From: Trichodesmium erythraeum IMS101 | GTDB taxonomy: Bacteria; Cyanobacteriota; Cyanobacteriia; Cyanobacteriales; Microcoleaceae | Length of the DNA stretch: 32,000 nucleotides | Direction: 5' to 3' | NCBI RefSeq assembly: GCF_000014265.1 | Contig: NC_008312.1 | Span: 1,650,001-1,682,000 of the forward strand | Shown: positions 10,001-20,700 of the stretch, one piece after another | Layout: the number at the start of each line of letters is the position of its first letter | Numbering within the stretch: the stretch's first letter is position 1 | The notes under the pieces: model-generated | What the model was told of the DNA's origin: nothing | What the model saw: only the letters and a program-made list of their open reading frames with translations | Databases searched by the model: none | Program-made: the position numbers and the translations under genes

Positions 10001-11571
10001 ATTAAATATATATATTTTAACCACAACTGAAAAATGTAAATTTATCTAAACTAGATAATCTTTTCTCTGGTTAGGTTTTCAAATATATCTCACTAATATA
10101 CAGAAAGCTTCTTACCATAATCATTCACAATTAGCTTTTCTTTCTTTTTTGCAATTGTATCATATAAATAACTTTTTTCTAACATTCAATACTTTTTAGA
10201 AAAACCTAAACATAGATTTATATCTCACTTGAAAAAACTAGATCAATAACTGTAGCAATAGACAAACTTGATACTTTATTTATTGGTTAGTTAAAATAGC
10301 TTAAGTAGGTCGGTGTTAAAATTTGTCGCTATGTAACAAAATATAAATTCACCTCAAATAAACTCTGTGAATAAGCTTGGAGTCGGTCCACAAATATTAA
10401 TATGGCTAAGTTTTTTTATACTTATTATATATAACTTTGATTTTTATTCAAAAATGTCATAAAAACCAACTAATCAATATAAGTGTCATTAATTATTATT
10501 ATTGGAATTTAGAAAAAAATAAAAATAGTTATGGTAAATATTAAACTAACTACGATAGAGTTTAAAGGCAGAGTTAAACCAAAGATAATGTTTATTTATC
10601 AACGTTTTGAGAATCTTAAAAAGGATCATCATTGGTCTGCTTCAATTCTTCCACCAAAAAATGTTCAAATAACCTTATTAAAGGAAATAAACTATCATCT
10701 TTAACTAATCAATAAAATTCCTTAGATCTATTTTTTTGACTGTATCAATATGAGCTTCACTACCAGCTTTTCCTAAATATTTATATTGATTTTTTTTCTG
10801 ATGATCAGTAGCCTGATTAAAAATAGTATATCTAGATTTTAATTAATAATAATAGTAAAGTTTTTGATTGATATTGACTTAATAAAGAATGAGATACACT
10901 TTAGGATAATTGACCTATCCCTCTTGTTCAATGGTAGTAATTTTTTTGCTCTTACTTTATAAATTAAGCTCTTGATTTGTTTCCCTATAAGGCTAGTTTA
11001 AAATTTAGTTTAACAGATTTTTTATGTATTTATTATAGTGAACATAACAACCTTTTTTGCAATCATATATTTATCTATTCAATGAGTTAATACTAATCAA
11101 AAATCAAGAAAAAAATTAAAATAGTCAAGGATTTCTTATGCTGGAGAAAAAACCTATATAATGGACTTAGTACAAGAAAAAAAACTCATATAACTACTAA
11201 ATACCTTCTCATCAAATACTCATAGTCTATTCAAAAATAGCATCTTATAATCATCCTTACTACGAACTCCCCATCAAGTTATCATCAAAGGTAAAAAAAT
11301 CCAAAAAACAACAAAAAGTTTTTTAGGAGTAGGTGACAACTTTTAATTATTGTCATTTTTTGGTGATTAAATTCACTTGAGACAGGGAAATAATTCTCAT
11401 GTTTAGTTAGTGTAATATTGACCCTAACTATTTTCCTTTTGTCCCAAGTCCAAATTATTAACTGCACTCATGAACAAAATATTCAAGTATAGGATCAATT
11501 AATATTAGAAGAACAAAAAAAAATAAATCAATCTTGTAAAAATCAAGTCTTTCTCTGTTCTAAATACTATT

Positions 11572-12207
11572 TTACAGAGGATATTTCTCTACAGGACTTT
11601 GTCCATAAAAAGGTAATGCTTCTGACCAATGTGGTCTGTTTCCTTTTTGCCATTCTAAATGAGCTAATTCTAATAAACTTACAACATATTTTCCCAAGCT
11701 ATTTTTAACCTGGATTAAATGATAAGAATTGTCCCAGTCTACTAACATTTTTTCCCATACTAGCGGATTCATTAGTGTATCTCCTGAAATAGGATTTATA
11801 CCCATTTCTTCTACCTGATAAATAGCTGTAAATAATTGCCCTCTTTGAGCATGCATTTGTAGGAATAAATTATGACTTTTTTGTTTATATGACCAAGCTA
11901 TAGTTGCCAAAGTTGAAATGGCAAATAGTGGTATATTTAATTGTTGAGCTAAAGTTCTAGCTGTGACTACACCAATACGAGTACCTGTGAAACTTCCCGG
12001 ACCTTTAGCAACAGTAATAAAGCTTAAATCTTGCCATATTTGAGGTAGTATAAACTCTTGTAATTTTTGATGTAGGTTATTAGATAAATCTCGCCCTAAG
12101 TTCCAAGTTTGAGAGCGAGTATATTCATCAAAGTTACTAATAGCTAAACCTAACTCTGGACTGGTAGTATGAATTGCTAAACCATATTTTTTTTCCGTAT
12201 TTGTCAT
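11572..12207 (-). CDS. tsaB: tRNA threonylcarbamoyladenosine (t6A) biosynthesis protein TsaB (YeaZ family)
   Basis: 211-aa ORF. It has an N-terminal GLAIHTTSPELGLAI and the family motif VAKGPGSFTGTRIGVVTARTLAQQLNIPLF..STL. Confidence 0.85.
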   Translation of the reverse strand: MTNTEKKYGLAIHTTSPELGLAISNFDEYTRSQTWNLGRDLSNNLHQKLQEFILPQIWQDLSFITVAKGPGSFTGTRIGVVTARTLAQQLNIPLFAISTLATIAWSYKQKSHNLFLQMHAQRGQLFTAIYQVEEMGINPISGDTLMNPLVWEKMLVDWDNSYHLIQVKNSLGKYVVSLLELAHLEWQKGNRPHWSEALPFYGQSPVEKYPL

Positions 12208-12562
12208 TTGTTTGAAGGCAGAAATAAGAAGTTATAAAGAAGAAGAAAAGAGGAGGAATGGTGATTTATTTTTTAGTAAGAAAGTTATAGCTAAAGTCAT
12301 AAAGTGAGAAGGGGTGAAGTCAAATTATTACTGTAGATAATTTTATGGCACTAACCCCAATTCAGAAATCAGAAGTTATTCCTAAATTAGTTTCAGCATT
12401 TATAAATATGCTAATCTATTTGCGTAGTTCTGTACTTATTAATATTCCCATCTCCCTATCAATTATGGGTAGCAAAAATTAAGCTATTTCTATTAGGTGA
12501 AGTATAGTTATGGTAGGCAAGATACCTGTATACTTATTAACTTATTTCATTTTAGGTTGAAT

Positions 12563-12811
12563 TCAGGTAGGGATAAGTTCACCAGGTCTTAATTTTGCCC
12601 ATTTGCCCATTTCTTCTAGAAAACTTTCACAACCGACAACATCCCATTCCATCTCAATTTCGTTTTGTTTGGGACGAATATTAACATTTATAGTAGGTTC
12701 AACTGGGTCAAAATCTGGATTTTCTGTTAAATGAAGTTGTTCGTGCTGAGTTTCTACAGCATGATAAGTCACACACTGATCCACATAGTGGCAGTTCACA
12801 CAAATACACAT
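12563..12811 (-). CDS. ycf34: Ycf34 family protein (small Cys-rich, cyanobacteria/plastid conserved)
   Basis: MCICVNCHYVDQCVTYHAVE..HEQ.HLT..PDF.P..P.I.VNIR is the characteristic Ycf34 N-terminus. I chose the second ATG (12811) because GAGG lies about 10 nt upstream of it. The ORF-track start at 12826 would add only MRYLK. Confidence 0.85.
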   Translation of the reverse strand: MCICVNCHYVDQCVTYHAVETQHEQLHLTENPDFDPVEPTINVNIRPKQNEIEMEWDVVGCESFLEEMGKWAKLRPGELIPT

Positions 12812-13279
12812 TTTTAAATACCTCATTGATGGTCATTTTAGTTATCAGTTAATAGTTATCAGTACTTCTGAATGAAGCCAGGGTTTTGAAACACTGAAGT
12901 TTATTCTTTTCATCCCCTGAAAAAGGGAGGCTTGAAACCTTGTTTTTTTTGTTAAGTTTAATCTTAATTGATACAATAATTTTCGATCTTAATGGTTTGA
13001 TAAGTTTATATTTTAACCTAAATTAATTTGATCTGGAATTTATAAAATCTTGTCCAAGAGAAAAAGTGGTTTTTATACTGATAAAAAATATACTTTTTTC
13101 AGAGATCATGTTAACTTTAACCTAGGTAAAATGGGATTTATATACCTAAACGAGAAACCGGGTTAATTGTCCTAATTATTGTTTTTCGCATGCCATGAAA
13201 AATTTTATCTCATAACCTGGTTTCTGGAAAAGTCCTATAAAAGTTTAACTGCAAAGAAATTCATTTTATTTTTGTGGCA

Positions 13280-14551
13280 ATGTTGATAAATTCCCTGTCT
13301 GCTTTATCACCAGAAAATTGGCCATTTGAGGCAAAAATGCTGCCCCAAAATGTTTACTTAGTGGGTGGTTCAGTGCGAGATGCTTTACTGAAACGGAAGA
13401 CTACATATTTAGATTTAGACTTTATTATCCTTGACCAAGCAGTTAGTATTGCTAGAAATATTGCTAAGGAATATCAAGCTGGTTTTGTGGTTTTGGATGC
13501 GGAAAGAAAAATTGCTAGGGTAGTATTTAAAGGAACTACAGTTGATTTTGCTGAGATTGAAGGTAATAGTTTGAAGGAAGATTTATGGCGACGAGATTTT
13601 ACTATAAATGCTATTGCTTATAATCCTTTTACTAATGAATTGATAGATTTATTTAATGCTCTAAAAGATTTGCAAGACGGTATTATTAGAATGGTAAAAT
13701 CTGAGAATCTTAAAGAGGATCCTCTCCGACTATTACGGGCATATCGTCAAGCAGCACAATTAGGTTTTATTATTTCCCCAGAAACTCAAACAACTATTCG
13801 AGAGTTTGCACCTTTAATTACTCAAGTTGCAACAGAAAGAGTGCAGACAGAATTAGGTTATTTGTTGAGTCATCCCCAAGGAATGATTTGGATAGAAAAG
13901 GCTTGGAAAAATGGTTTACTCTCAGATTATTTTCCTGCAGCAACAGAAAATTTGGGAATAGGAAAAAAGGTAGAGATAGTAGTAGAAAAATTACAAAAAA
14001 ATTGGTCTACTTTAAAAGTAGAGTTAGGGAGTGGGGTGCGCAATACAGTCAAAACGTCTTTATTGGCAATTGCTAAATTAGCAATATTAGTTAATTCTAA
14101 CCCACAAAAAGCGGAAGTTGAACTAATGCGGTTAAAGTATAGCAATGCAGAAATTAGAAGTACAATTGCAGTTCTTAAAAGTTTAGAAAAACTGTCAGAA
14201 ATAGAAGTTCTTCATATGTCTGTTAGAGAACAATATTTTTTCTTTCAACAAATAGGAAAAAATTTTCCTGCTTTAGCAGTTGTAGCAGTGGCAAAAGGAA
14301 TATCGATGGAGGAAATTAATTGTTTAATTGAACGTTATATTAATCCAGATGATCTAGTTGCTCATCCCACAACTTTATTGAGTGGAAATGATTTAATTAC
14401 AGCTCTAAAATTACCTAAAGGTCCCATAGTTGGTCAGCTTTTAACTGAGATTCAAATTGCACGAGCTGAAGAGAATATTTTAACTCAAGATGAAGCTATT
14501 AAATTAGCACAAAAATTAATTGCATTCAGGAATGATCCTTCTTCTTTCTAA
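13280..14551 (+). CDS. cca: CCA tRNA nucleotidyltransferase / poly(A) polymerase family protein
   Basis: YLVGGSVRDALL....YLDLDF (GGxVRD plus DxD nucleotidyltransferase motifs), RRDFTINAIAY, and EDPLRLLRAYRQAAQLGF. The ORF track opens at a GTG (13274). The ATG two codons later (13280) is an equally plausible start. Confidence 0.85.
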   Translation: MLINSLSALSPENWPFEAKMLPQNVYLVGGSVRDALLKRKTTYLDLDFIILDQAVSIARNIAKEYQAGFVVLDAERKIARVVFKGTTVDFAEIEGNSLKEDLWRRDFTINAIAYNPFTNELIDLFNALKDLQDGIIRMVKSENLKEDPLRLLRAYRQAAQLGFIISPETQTTIREFAPLITQVATERVQTELGYLLSHPQGMIWIEKAWKNGLLSDYFPAATENLGIGKKVEIVVEKLQKNWSTLKVELGSGVRNTVKTSLLAIAKLAILVNSNPQKAEVELMRLKYSNAEIRSTIAVLKSLEKLSEIEVLHMSVREQYFFFQQIGKNFPALAVVAVAKGISMEEINCLIERYINPDDLVAHPTTLLSGNDLITALKLPKGPIVGQLLTEIQIARAEENILTQDEAIKLAQKLIAFRNDPSSF

Positions 14552-15617
14552 ATATGACGTACTTTTTTATTGGTGGATATCTTTGTTATGAAACTACATT
14601 TATGAAAAATTATTATTTGCTCCAATACCAAGGTTGATCCATTAATTGAATAAATAGATTATCTATATCATTTAGTTAATGTTCATAGTAAAGGTAAATA
14701 GGTAAAATTAATTTTGAAAGCCAAAGTAAATATTATTTTTCCGAACTAGCATAACTCATAAATTTTAGTGCTGAATTAGCCAATAATTTTTTTTTTAATA
14801 TTTGAAAGCGTTATGCTGATAATACTAATATTGCCCTAAAATACCCTATTATGGGAGAGTTATTTCCAGATATTTATGACCTTGTCAAAAATGTAAAATT
14901 TATATTTATTATTCAAGAACTACGAGATACTATTGTGTCTTTAATTAAAGTAGGAAATAAAATGGCTATTTAGGGTTAAATTAGGCATTTAAAACCGATG
15001 TTTACAGAAATAAAATAATCATAATTTATAAATTTTTATTGTCGTACTTATCCACCTTAATACAATTGTCAATTACTAGGTTTTTAAATAATGGTTGGTT
15101 ATATCAAATATAAATTTTAGTACTTAATCCTGAAAGGAGAATTAAGCAACTTCAAGACTTTACTGGTTTAAGTTTAGGTAGCTTTATAAAAAATTATAAA
15201 TGCCAGGGAAGTAAAATTAGTTATAGTCAGTTAAGTGATACAGAAAAACCTTGGTATTCATAACTTTATGGCAAAGAAATATTAGCTGTAAGTGTGGGGC
15301 TTTATCTTCAGGTTTTGCGAAAGGAATAAATTTAATTTATTCATAAAGAGGGAACAGATATATTTATAATTTTTAGATATTAAAAAGTAGCGATCGCCTT
15401 TCATAGCAATTAGAAAAAATAATCTGAGAAATCTCAAACAAAATAGTTAGAAATTTTTGCCGAGGAGCTACCTATATTTCTACGTGCCAGTCAAAATTCA
15501 ACTTCCCTAACCCCCATAATACAAAATTAATCTATGAATGAGATTCATAATTTACTGATGTCTGTATCTCTAAAAATCTTCAAATTTTACGTGAGGAATA
15601 AATTAAGTTGCTTCAGA

Positions 15618-15650
15618 GAGAAGGAATAGAGAAGGAATAGAAAAGGAATA
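15618..15650. repeat. Three tandem copies of an 11-nt unit, GAGAAGGAATA / GAGAAGGAATA / GAAAAGGAATA
   Basis: Read directly from the sequence at 15618-15628, 15629-15639 and 15640-15650. The repeat lies about 100 nt beyond the 3' end of the MscS-type gene. Confidence 0.7.
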
Positions 15651-15755
15651 AATATGTTCAGAATTTTTCCTTACTAAAATCTAACAATAACTAGCCATAA
15701 AAATGATGAGAAATTATCCCACAAAAAGCATTGTTCTTATTCCCTACTTCAATAC

Positions 15756-16877
15756 CTAATTTTGACTAGACTGCCAATTTTGATAAGTTTCTGTATCACT
15801 AAGAATATTCACATCAAATAAATCTATTTCCTCTTGCTCCAATAAAGCTAATATTGCCAAATTTAATTGGTCATAAGCTCTCGAATAATTGTCTAAATCA
15901 TTAGTAAATCCAATTACTCTAATCACACGAGCATTTTTTTCTAATCCATTAAATCTCACGACACAAGAGTCATATAAAAGGTCAATTGATTTGGGAATTC
16001 CTCGAATTTTATCGTTAAGATAAGCTATCTTTCTAGCTGAAATTCCATCAATCTTGATATACAAATCAATAGCTGCTTTCTTCTTTTCATTTGGCTGTTG
16101 GGATAAATTTTTAATATTACCATCAATCATTTTAGAGTTAGGAACTTTCAGGGTAGCTCCCTCAAAACCTATATAAATTGTTGTACTTCTAATACCAATA
16201 TGTTTAACCTCTGCCCAACGACCACTTGGCAATAAAAGCCAATCATCTATGCGATACAAACTATCACTATAAATTATAATAGTAGCTAACCAATCACCTA
16301 CGAAATCCTTAAATAATAGACCTAATGTAAGACCAGCACCACCGATTAAACCAAGTAATGCAGTAGCAGAAGCTCCCAGTAATAATTCTGCTACTTTTAA
16401 ACCAAATATTACGATGGCAGTTAATCTTAGTAGTTTCGGAATATAGGGGCTAATAATATCATCCAATTCAGTGTCTGTTTGAGCTGATAAAATTATAAAA
16501 AATTCTCCTAAAATTGGAGATATACGGTAGATAATTAGAGCGAAATTACCTACTATTGCTAAATTAATAATTCCTGTGATTGTTTGATTTAATTGTGGAG
16601 AAATATAATCTGTCAATATTAATTGTATTATCCACAATCCTAGTAAATAGATAAACCATCCAATAGGCTTTTTAAGAACTGCAATTAATTGATCATCAAG
16701 GGTTGTTTTTGTCTTACTAGTTAAAGCCTCAATTCGTTTAATTACAATTATGCTTAATAATCTTTTGAAGACTAATGTTGTTATTAGTACCAGGCATATA
16801 AAAAGTATTGTTATGACTGGTATATTCATAATTTTGATAGTTGTGATATTGTTGATAATTACCGAAATTGCTTCCAT
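15756..16877 (-). CDS. Mechanosensitive ion channel (MscS family) protein
   Basis: 373-aa ORF with several N-terminal hydrophobic helices. The MscS beta-domain pattern follows: FKDFVGDW...IDDWLLLPSGRWAEVKHIGIRSTTIY...GATLKVPNSKMIDGNIKNLS (GD.I...G.V..IG.RST.I....G..v.vPNs.....i.N.S). Confidence 0.8.
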   Translation of the reverse strand: MEAISVIINNITTIKIMNIPVITILFICLVLITTLVFKRLLSIIVIKRIEALTSKTKTTLDDQLIAVLKKPIGWFIYLLGLWIIQLILTDYISPQLNQTITGIINLAIVGNFALIIYRISPILGEFFIILSAQTDTELDDIISPYIPKLLRLTAIVIFGLKVAELLLGASATALLGLIGGAGLTLGLLFKDFVGDWLATIIIYSDSLYRIDDWLLLPSGRWAEVKHIGIRSTTIYIGFEGATLKVPNSKMIDGNIKNLSQQPNEKKKAAIDLYIKIDGISARKIAYLNDKIRGIPKSIDLLYDSCVVRFNGLEKNARVIRVIGFTNDLDNYSRAYDQLNLAILALLEQEEIDLFDVNILSDTETYQNWQSSQN

Positions 16878-17702
16878 AATTGGCTAATAATAATTAGGTT
16901 AAAGTAATTGAAAAAGTTTGTAGTTTTTAAGTTAATAGTCAATGTTATTAATTAATAAGAAGGTGGTAGATTTAGGTAGAGTGGTAGACTTTTGTAATCT
17001 GGACCTCATTTCCTACAACCTACTCATATATTCAGAGGATAATCCCTATAACTTATAAAGCTTCATAAAGCTTAAAAATCAACTCTGCTCTTACCCCTGA
17101 TCTGAGAGAACTCATCCATTTATAGGTTTATATAGGATACATTTTTTAATACTACTGTAATTTTACCAAATTATTTCACATATATAGCACTTTGCACGAC
17201 TAATTAGTACAGGATAATAGTAAGTAGAATAAGTTCTAATTTGCTCAAAGTTTATGATTCCAATTATTGAGCTTAACTTTTATGGAAAGGACTGTATGTT
17301 TGAAACTACTTGTGATATTTTCTTACTTTTCGTATTACTAGGTTATAAGTACTCAGAGTTTAACTATAAACTATCAGCTTCATTAGTTTTAAATCTCAGA
17401 GTAAATGCTAATAGCTGAATGCTTAAGCTAGATTATAAATGTTTAATATTTTTGTAAGTAAATAGGCAAATTTATATAGTAAATTTGAAATTTGAAATAT
17501 TTAATAATATTCATAACCAATTACTTGTAAGAATTTTCAATTTTAGAAAAATAACAATTTTATAAAACTTTAAAGTATGATATAATTAAAATATATTAAA
17601 AAAACTAAATAACTGTATAATTAGGTTGTTAATGCTAAAGAAAATTTTACCTACATATAGTGTGTTTTTATAATACAATTAAAATCTGTCACTATAGGTA
17701 GA

Positions 17703-20700
17703 ATGCATTATTCGATGAGCCCTAATACTGAACCACAAATTAGTTATTTCCGAGAATGGACTAATAGCTGTGTTGATGACCAATTAATCCACCTTAACGT
17801 TGTCCCATTAGAAGGACAACGAGCTTATGAATTTTTATTTTATTCTGATGCTATTCCTCGACGAAATGATGGTCGAGTCACAAGCGAAATATTAAACCGA
17901 TACCAACATATTGAAGAAGGTGGGTGGTGGTGTTCTGGAATTGATTTATTATCAGGAGAAGAAGATTTTTGGGGTTGTTTTAAACCTAGTCAACCACGTC
18001 ATAGTTACGACGAAAAAAAAATAATTAAATATGAGCACCCTCCCAAAACTCCTACTAGTTTATTTGCTCTAAAAATTCCCCTACATTTATGGCATAAAAT
18101 AGCGAGTCATTATCAATTAACAATTTTGCCAGAAGATATTGATAATAATCAACCAGACTTTGGTTTTTGGCAGTGGTTTATCGCCCATCCTCAAATACCT
18201 TTATGTATTACTGAAGGGGCAAAAAAAGCAGGAGCTTTATTAACAGCATCCTATGTAGCTATTGCCTTACCAGGAGTATTTGGTGGATACCGAGTTTTGA
18301 GAGATGAATATGGTAACCGTATTGGTAAACAACATTTAATTCCCCAGTTAGAAAAGCTGATTAATAATACTCGAGAAATTTATATTGCATTTGACCAAGA
18401 TACTAAAGCTAAAACTATTAAAAATGTTAATGCTGCCATTAGAAAAACTGGATATTTACTCATAAAAAAGGGATGTAAAGTTAAAGTAATTTCCTGGAAT
18501 CCAGAATTAGGTAAAGGAGTAGATAATTTAATCGCTAATCATGGAAAAAATGTTTTTGATGAAGCTTATAAAAAGGCATTACCTTTAGAACTTTGGAAAG
18601 CTAAATCATTTATTCGTCTCACATATCCGGTAAATTTGAGAGTTAATAGTCGCTATCTTTCAGAACAAAATATATTTAATTCTATAGACAATAATAACAA
18701 TAACTTACATAAATTAGACGACATTGATTTAGATTATAGTATAAATTTTCCCGCTAAACTTATAGGAATAAAATCTGCTAAAGGAACTGGAAAAACTAAG
18801 TTTTTAGAAAAAATAGTTTCTGAAGCTGTAGCTCGTAATCAAAAAGTTTTAGTTATCGGGCATCGGGTACAATTAGTACAGGAATTATGTCAACGTTTTG
18901 GATTAAAATATATTACAGAAGTTAACTCAAAATCCCCAGATAAATTATTAGGTTTAGGGTTATGTATTGACTCTTTACATCCTAATTCCCAAGCTAACTT
19001 TAATCCAGAAACTTGGTCAGATGGAATAGTAATTATTGATGAAATTGAGCAAGTAATTTGGCATGCTTTAAATTCTAATACTTGTAGGAAAAGTAGAGTA
19101 AAAATTCTCAGATGTTTTAAAGCGTTAATGCAAAATATTTTAGGGGGTGCAGGTAAAGTATTTATAGCTGATGCTGACCTCAGCGATATTTCTATAGATT
19201 ATTTACAAGCTTTAGCAGGAGTAAAATTAGAACCTTTCATTGTTCAAAATGATTGGTTACCTGGAGAAAAAGAAGCTTGGAAAATTTTTAATTACCCAGA
19301 AACAACTCCCAAAAGATTAATAGCAGATTTACAAAAACATATTCGTGAAGGTGGCAAACCAATAGTTTGTTTATCAGCGCAAAAACTGACAAGTAAATGG
19401 GGGACTCGTGCCTTAGAAGCTTATCTGAAAAAACAGTTTCCCAAATTAAAAATTCTGAGAATAGATTCAGAATCTTTAGCAGAAGTAAATCATCCTGCTT
19501 ATGGTTGTATTAAGTCATTAAATCAAGTATTACTAAAGTATGATATTGTTTTAGCTTCTCCCTCAATTGAAACTGGAGTTAGTATTGATGTTCAAGGGCA
19601 TTTTACTTCAGTTTGGGCAATTGCTCAGGGGGTGCAGGGAGCCACTTCTGTTTGTCAATCTTTGGGTAGAGTTCGTGAGAATATTCCTAGATATTTGTGG
19701 GTAGCTAATTGTGGTTTTAATCAGGTAGGTAATGGTTCTACTTCTATAACTTCTTTGCTCAATTCTGAGCAACGTTTGACTCAATTAAATATTCGGTTAT
19801 TACAACAATCTGATTTTGATAGTTTAGATGATTTGGAAGTAGGTTTTCAGGCAGAATCTTTTTTGTGTTGGGCAAAAATGGCGGTCCGCTTTAATGCTGG
19901 AATGAATCAATATAGAGAGTCAGTTTTAGAATTTTTACGAATAGAAGGACAGCAGATCATAGAAGTTTCTGCAGAAGCTTTACCTGAAAATTTAGAAGAA
20001 AAAAAATCATCAGAAACTCCTGAAGAAATTAATACTTTGCAGGAAGCTATAGCTATTGTAATTAAGCAAAACTATCAGACAGAATGTGAGGCGATCGCTA
20101 CTGCGAAAAGTATTAGTTTATTTGAGTATCAAAAACTCACAAAAAGATTATCAAAACCAATTCAACAACAACGAGAACAACGTAAATTTGAGTTGATGTT
20201 ACGTTATAGTATTCCCATAACTGCTGAATTAGTTCAGAAAGATGATCGGGGGTGGTACCAACAGTTGCAATTACATTATTTTATGACAGTAGGGCGACCG
20301 TATTTACCAGCCCGGGATGGGGAAGTAGTAAAAAAATTGTTGGAGTTAGGTAAAGGTAATATTTTTATTCCTGATTTTAATGACTCTTTATTAGGTGCAA
20401 TTATTGGAGTAATAGAATTATTAAAAATACCTTCATTATTGAAGGATAAAAAACGAGAGTTGAAAAATATAGACCCAGATTTACAATTATTAGGAAAAAC
20501 AGCTTTGTCAAACCGAACAGAAATTAAAACTATATTAGGAATAGGATTAGCTGCTAACTCTAGCCCCATTATAATTGTTAGGCGTTTTTTGGAGAAAATT
20601 GGCTATAGTTTGGAATGTTTACGAACAGAAACTCACCATAAAAAACGATTGCGAATTTATCGAATTTTTCATCCTGATGATGGTAGGTTTGAAGTATTTC

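Noticed and set aside
9806-10024. 72-aa minus-strand ORF in the non-coding stretch, and likewise 11285-11467 (60 aa) and 22030-22224 (64 aa, TTG start)
   Set aside because: They have Lys/Asn/Ile/Phe-rich low-complexity translations, which is expected for chance open frames in very AT-rich DNA. They have no ribosome-binding site and no recognisable motif.
10531-10704. 57-codon ATG ORF (MVNIKLTTIEFKGRVKPKIMFIYQRFENLKKDHHWSASILPPKNVQITLLKEINYHL) in the non-coding stretch
   Set aside because: Its composition is less biased than that of neighbouring chance ORFs. However, it has no Shine-Dalgarno sequence, no family resemblance and no partner genes, so I cannot support it as a gene. It is worth checking only if transcript or ribosome data exist.
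14851-14973. 40-codon ORF (MGELFPDIYDLVKNVKFIFIIQELRDTIVSLIKVGNKMAI) downstream of cca
   Set aside because: It is short, has no recognisable motif or ribosome-binding site, and sits in an AT-rich spacer where such ORFs arise by chance.
15048-15056. TTATCCACC, one mismatch from the classical DnaA box TTATCCACA, considered as part of an origin near the Rep-like gene
   Set aside because: It is a single imperfect copy, about 2.6 kb away from the Rep-like ORF and on the far side of the MscS gene. I saw no cluster of boxes.
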